Program-made: the position numbers and the translations under genes
Notes under the pieces: model-generated
The model's database searches: none
What the model was told of the DNA's origin: nothing
Seen by the model: the letters and a program-made list of their open reading frames with translations, nothing else
Assembly: GCA_027251445.1 (NCBI GenBank)
Contig: JAPNQO010000046.1
Coordinates: forward strand, 1 to 38,312
Source: Fidelibacterota bacterium
Lineage (GTDB): Bacteria; Fidelibacterota; Marinisomatia; Marinisomatales; TCS55
DNA: 38,312 nt
Direction of reading: 5' to 3'
Shown here: positions 37,803 through 38,312 of the stretch, one piece after another
Layout of the letters: each line of letters begins with the position of its first letter
How positions within the stretch are numbered: the stretch's first letter is position 1

Positions 37803-38312
37803 TTACAAACCAAGCTGTATTGAAATTGTGGGCGTAAAACCAAGCATTACAACATCGGTTGCGATAAAAGGATCTACTGATAAATTATATGATCTATGAC
37901 TAATATTTCGTCGGTCAAATACGTTAAAAATTGATATTCCTACATCTAATTTCTTTTCTATGAACTTCATTGATCGGTTTAAACTAAGATCTATTCGTTG
38001 TATGGCTGGTAAACGTTTGCTATTCCTTGTGCCTGGCTCTGCTTGTAGGGTATAATTTGCGTTTTCATTTTCACGTATCATAAGATTATCATTTGATGTA
38101 TATACTCGCCCTGATGAAATAAGGCCTGTAACACTTAAAGTCCATTCCCCCAATGAACCAATTAAAGTTGATTTAAGCTCATGCGTTCTATCATGATCAG
38201 CAAGAAAAATATTCCCACCGTTTAGTTCTGGGAATTTACATTCTATAACACCATAACTATAGGAAGCCCATCCTGTTAAAAACCCATTCTTTTTACGAAT
38301 GAATACTTCAAG
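37803..38312 (-). CDS. TonB-dependent receptor, C-terminal part only (5' end beyond the window)
   Basis: Frame open to the window edge: LEVFIRKKNGFLTGWASYSY..DHDRTH..SSGRVYT..RLP...RIDLS..SIFNVFDRRN; same pattern as the C-terminus of 29213-31651. Confidence 0.85.
   Translation of the reverse strand, partial: LEVFIRKKNGFLTGWASYSYGVIECKFPELNGGNIFLADHDRTHELKSTLIGSLGEWTLSVTGLISSGRVYTSNDNLMIRENENANYTLQAEPGTRNSKRLPAIQRIDLSLNRSMKFIEKKLDVGISIFNVFDRRNISHRSYNLSVDPFIATDVVMLGFTPTISIQLGL

Noticed and set aside
3776..37899. Other short nested or antisense ORFs (3776, 6517, 10231, 11070, 16055, 19162, 21041, 23072, 23268, 24300, 25805, 35292, 35837, 37693)
   Set aside because: Lie within or largely overlap well-supported genes and show no protein-family features
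37803..38153. Stand-alone 116-aa protein from the ORF track
   Set aside because: Frame stays open to the window edge; it is the C-terminus of a larger TonB receptor
1..38312. CRISPR arrays, IS/transposases, prophage, defence systems, long tandem repeats
   Set aside because: No spacer long enough for an array and no ORF with such motifs seen on reading

Overview
Gene-dense, AT-rich (about 30% GC by eye, not computed) bacterial chromosomal segment with very short intergenic spacers. Gram-negative, FCB-like features (TonB receptors with DUF4249 partners, 'NYPNPFN' C-terminal sorting-type domains, dockerin-tagged peptidase, eukaryote-type citrate synthase) suggest a streamlined marine lineage such as Marinimicrobia/SAR406; this taxonomy is inference. 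Left to right: a translationally coupled 2-oxoacid dehydrogenase/lipoylation operon (lpdA-lipB-fused E1-E2-SAM methyltransferase-lipA, lipA truncated at the edge); PTPS/QueD-like, yhhQ and folE; nth with several coupled hypotheticals; secreted proteins; citrate synthase; an LPS/surface cluster (msbA-like, TagF-like, waaF, cytidylyltransferase, DUF1015); an orphan GroES; aphA coupled to an alginate-export-type barrel; xth; a TonB receptor plus lipoprotein; a GT39/ArnT-like glycosyltransferase; bolA-grxD; tRNA-Glu(TTC); DUF2231; an exported BCP peroxiredoxin; menI-like thioesterase coupled to a PAS-MenA fusion; an SxxC redoxin with a sorting domain; and a partial second TonB receptor. No mobile element, CRISPR array or rRNA was seen. 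Best candidates for undescribed biology: the PAS sensor domain fused to a MenA prenyltransferase, the PTPS/QueD variant with Asp in place of the catalytic Cys, the methyltransferase locked inside the lipoate operon, the aphA-porin pair and a possible CDP-alcohol LPS-decoration module. All family calls come from motif recognition by eye; no database searches were run.
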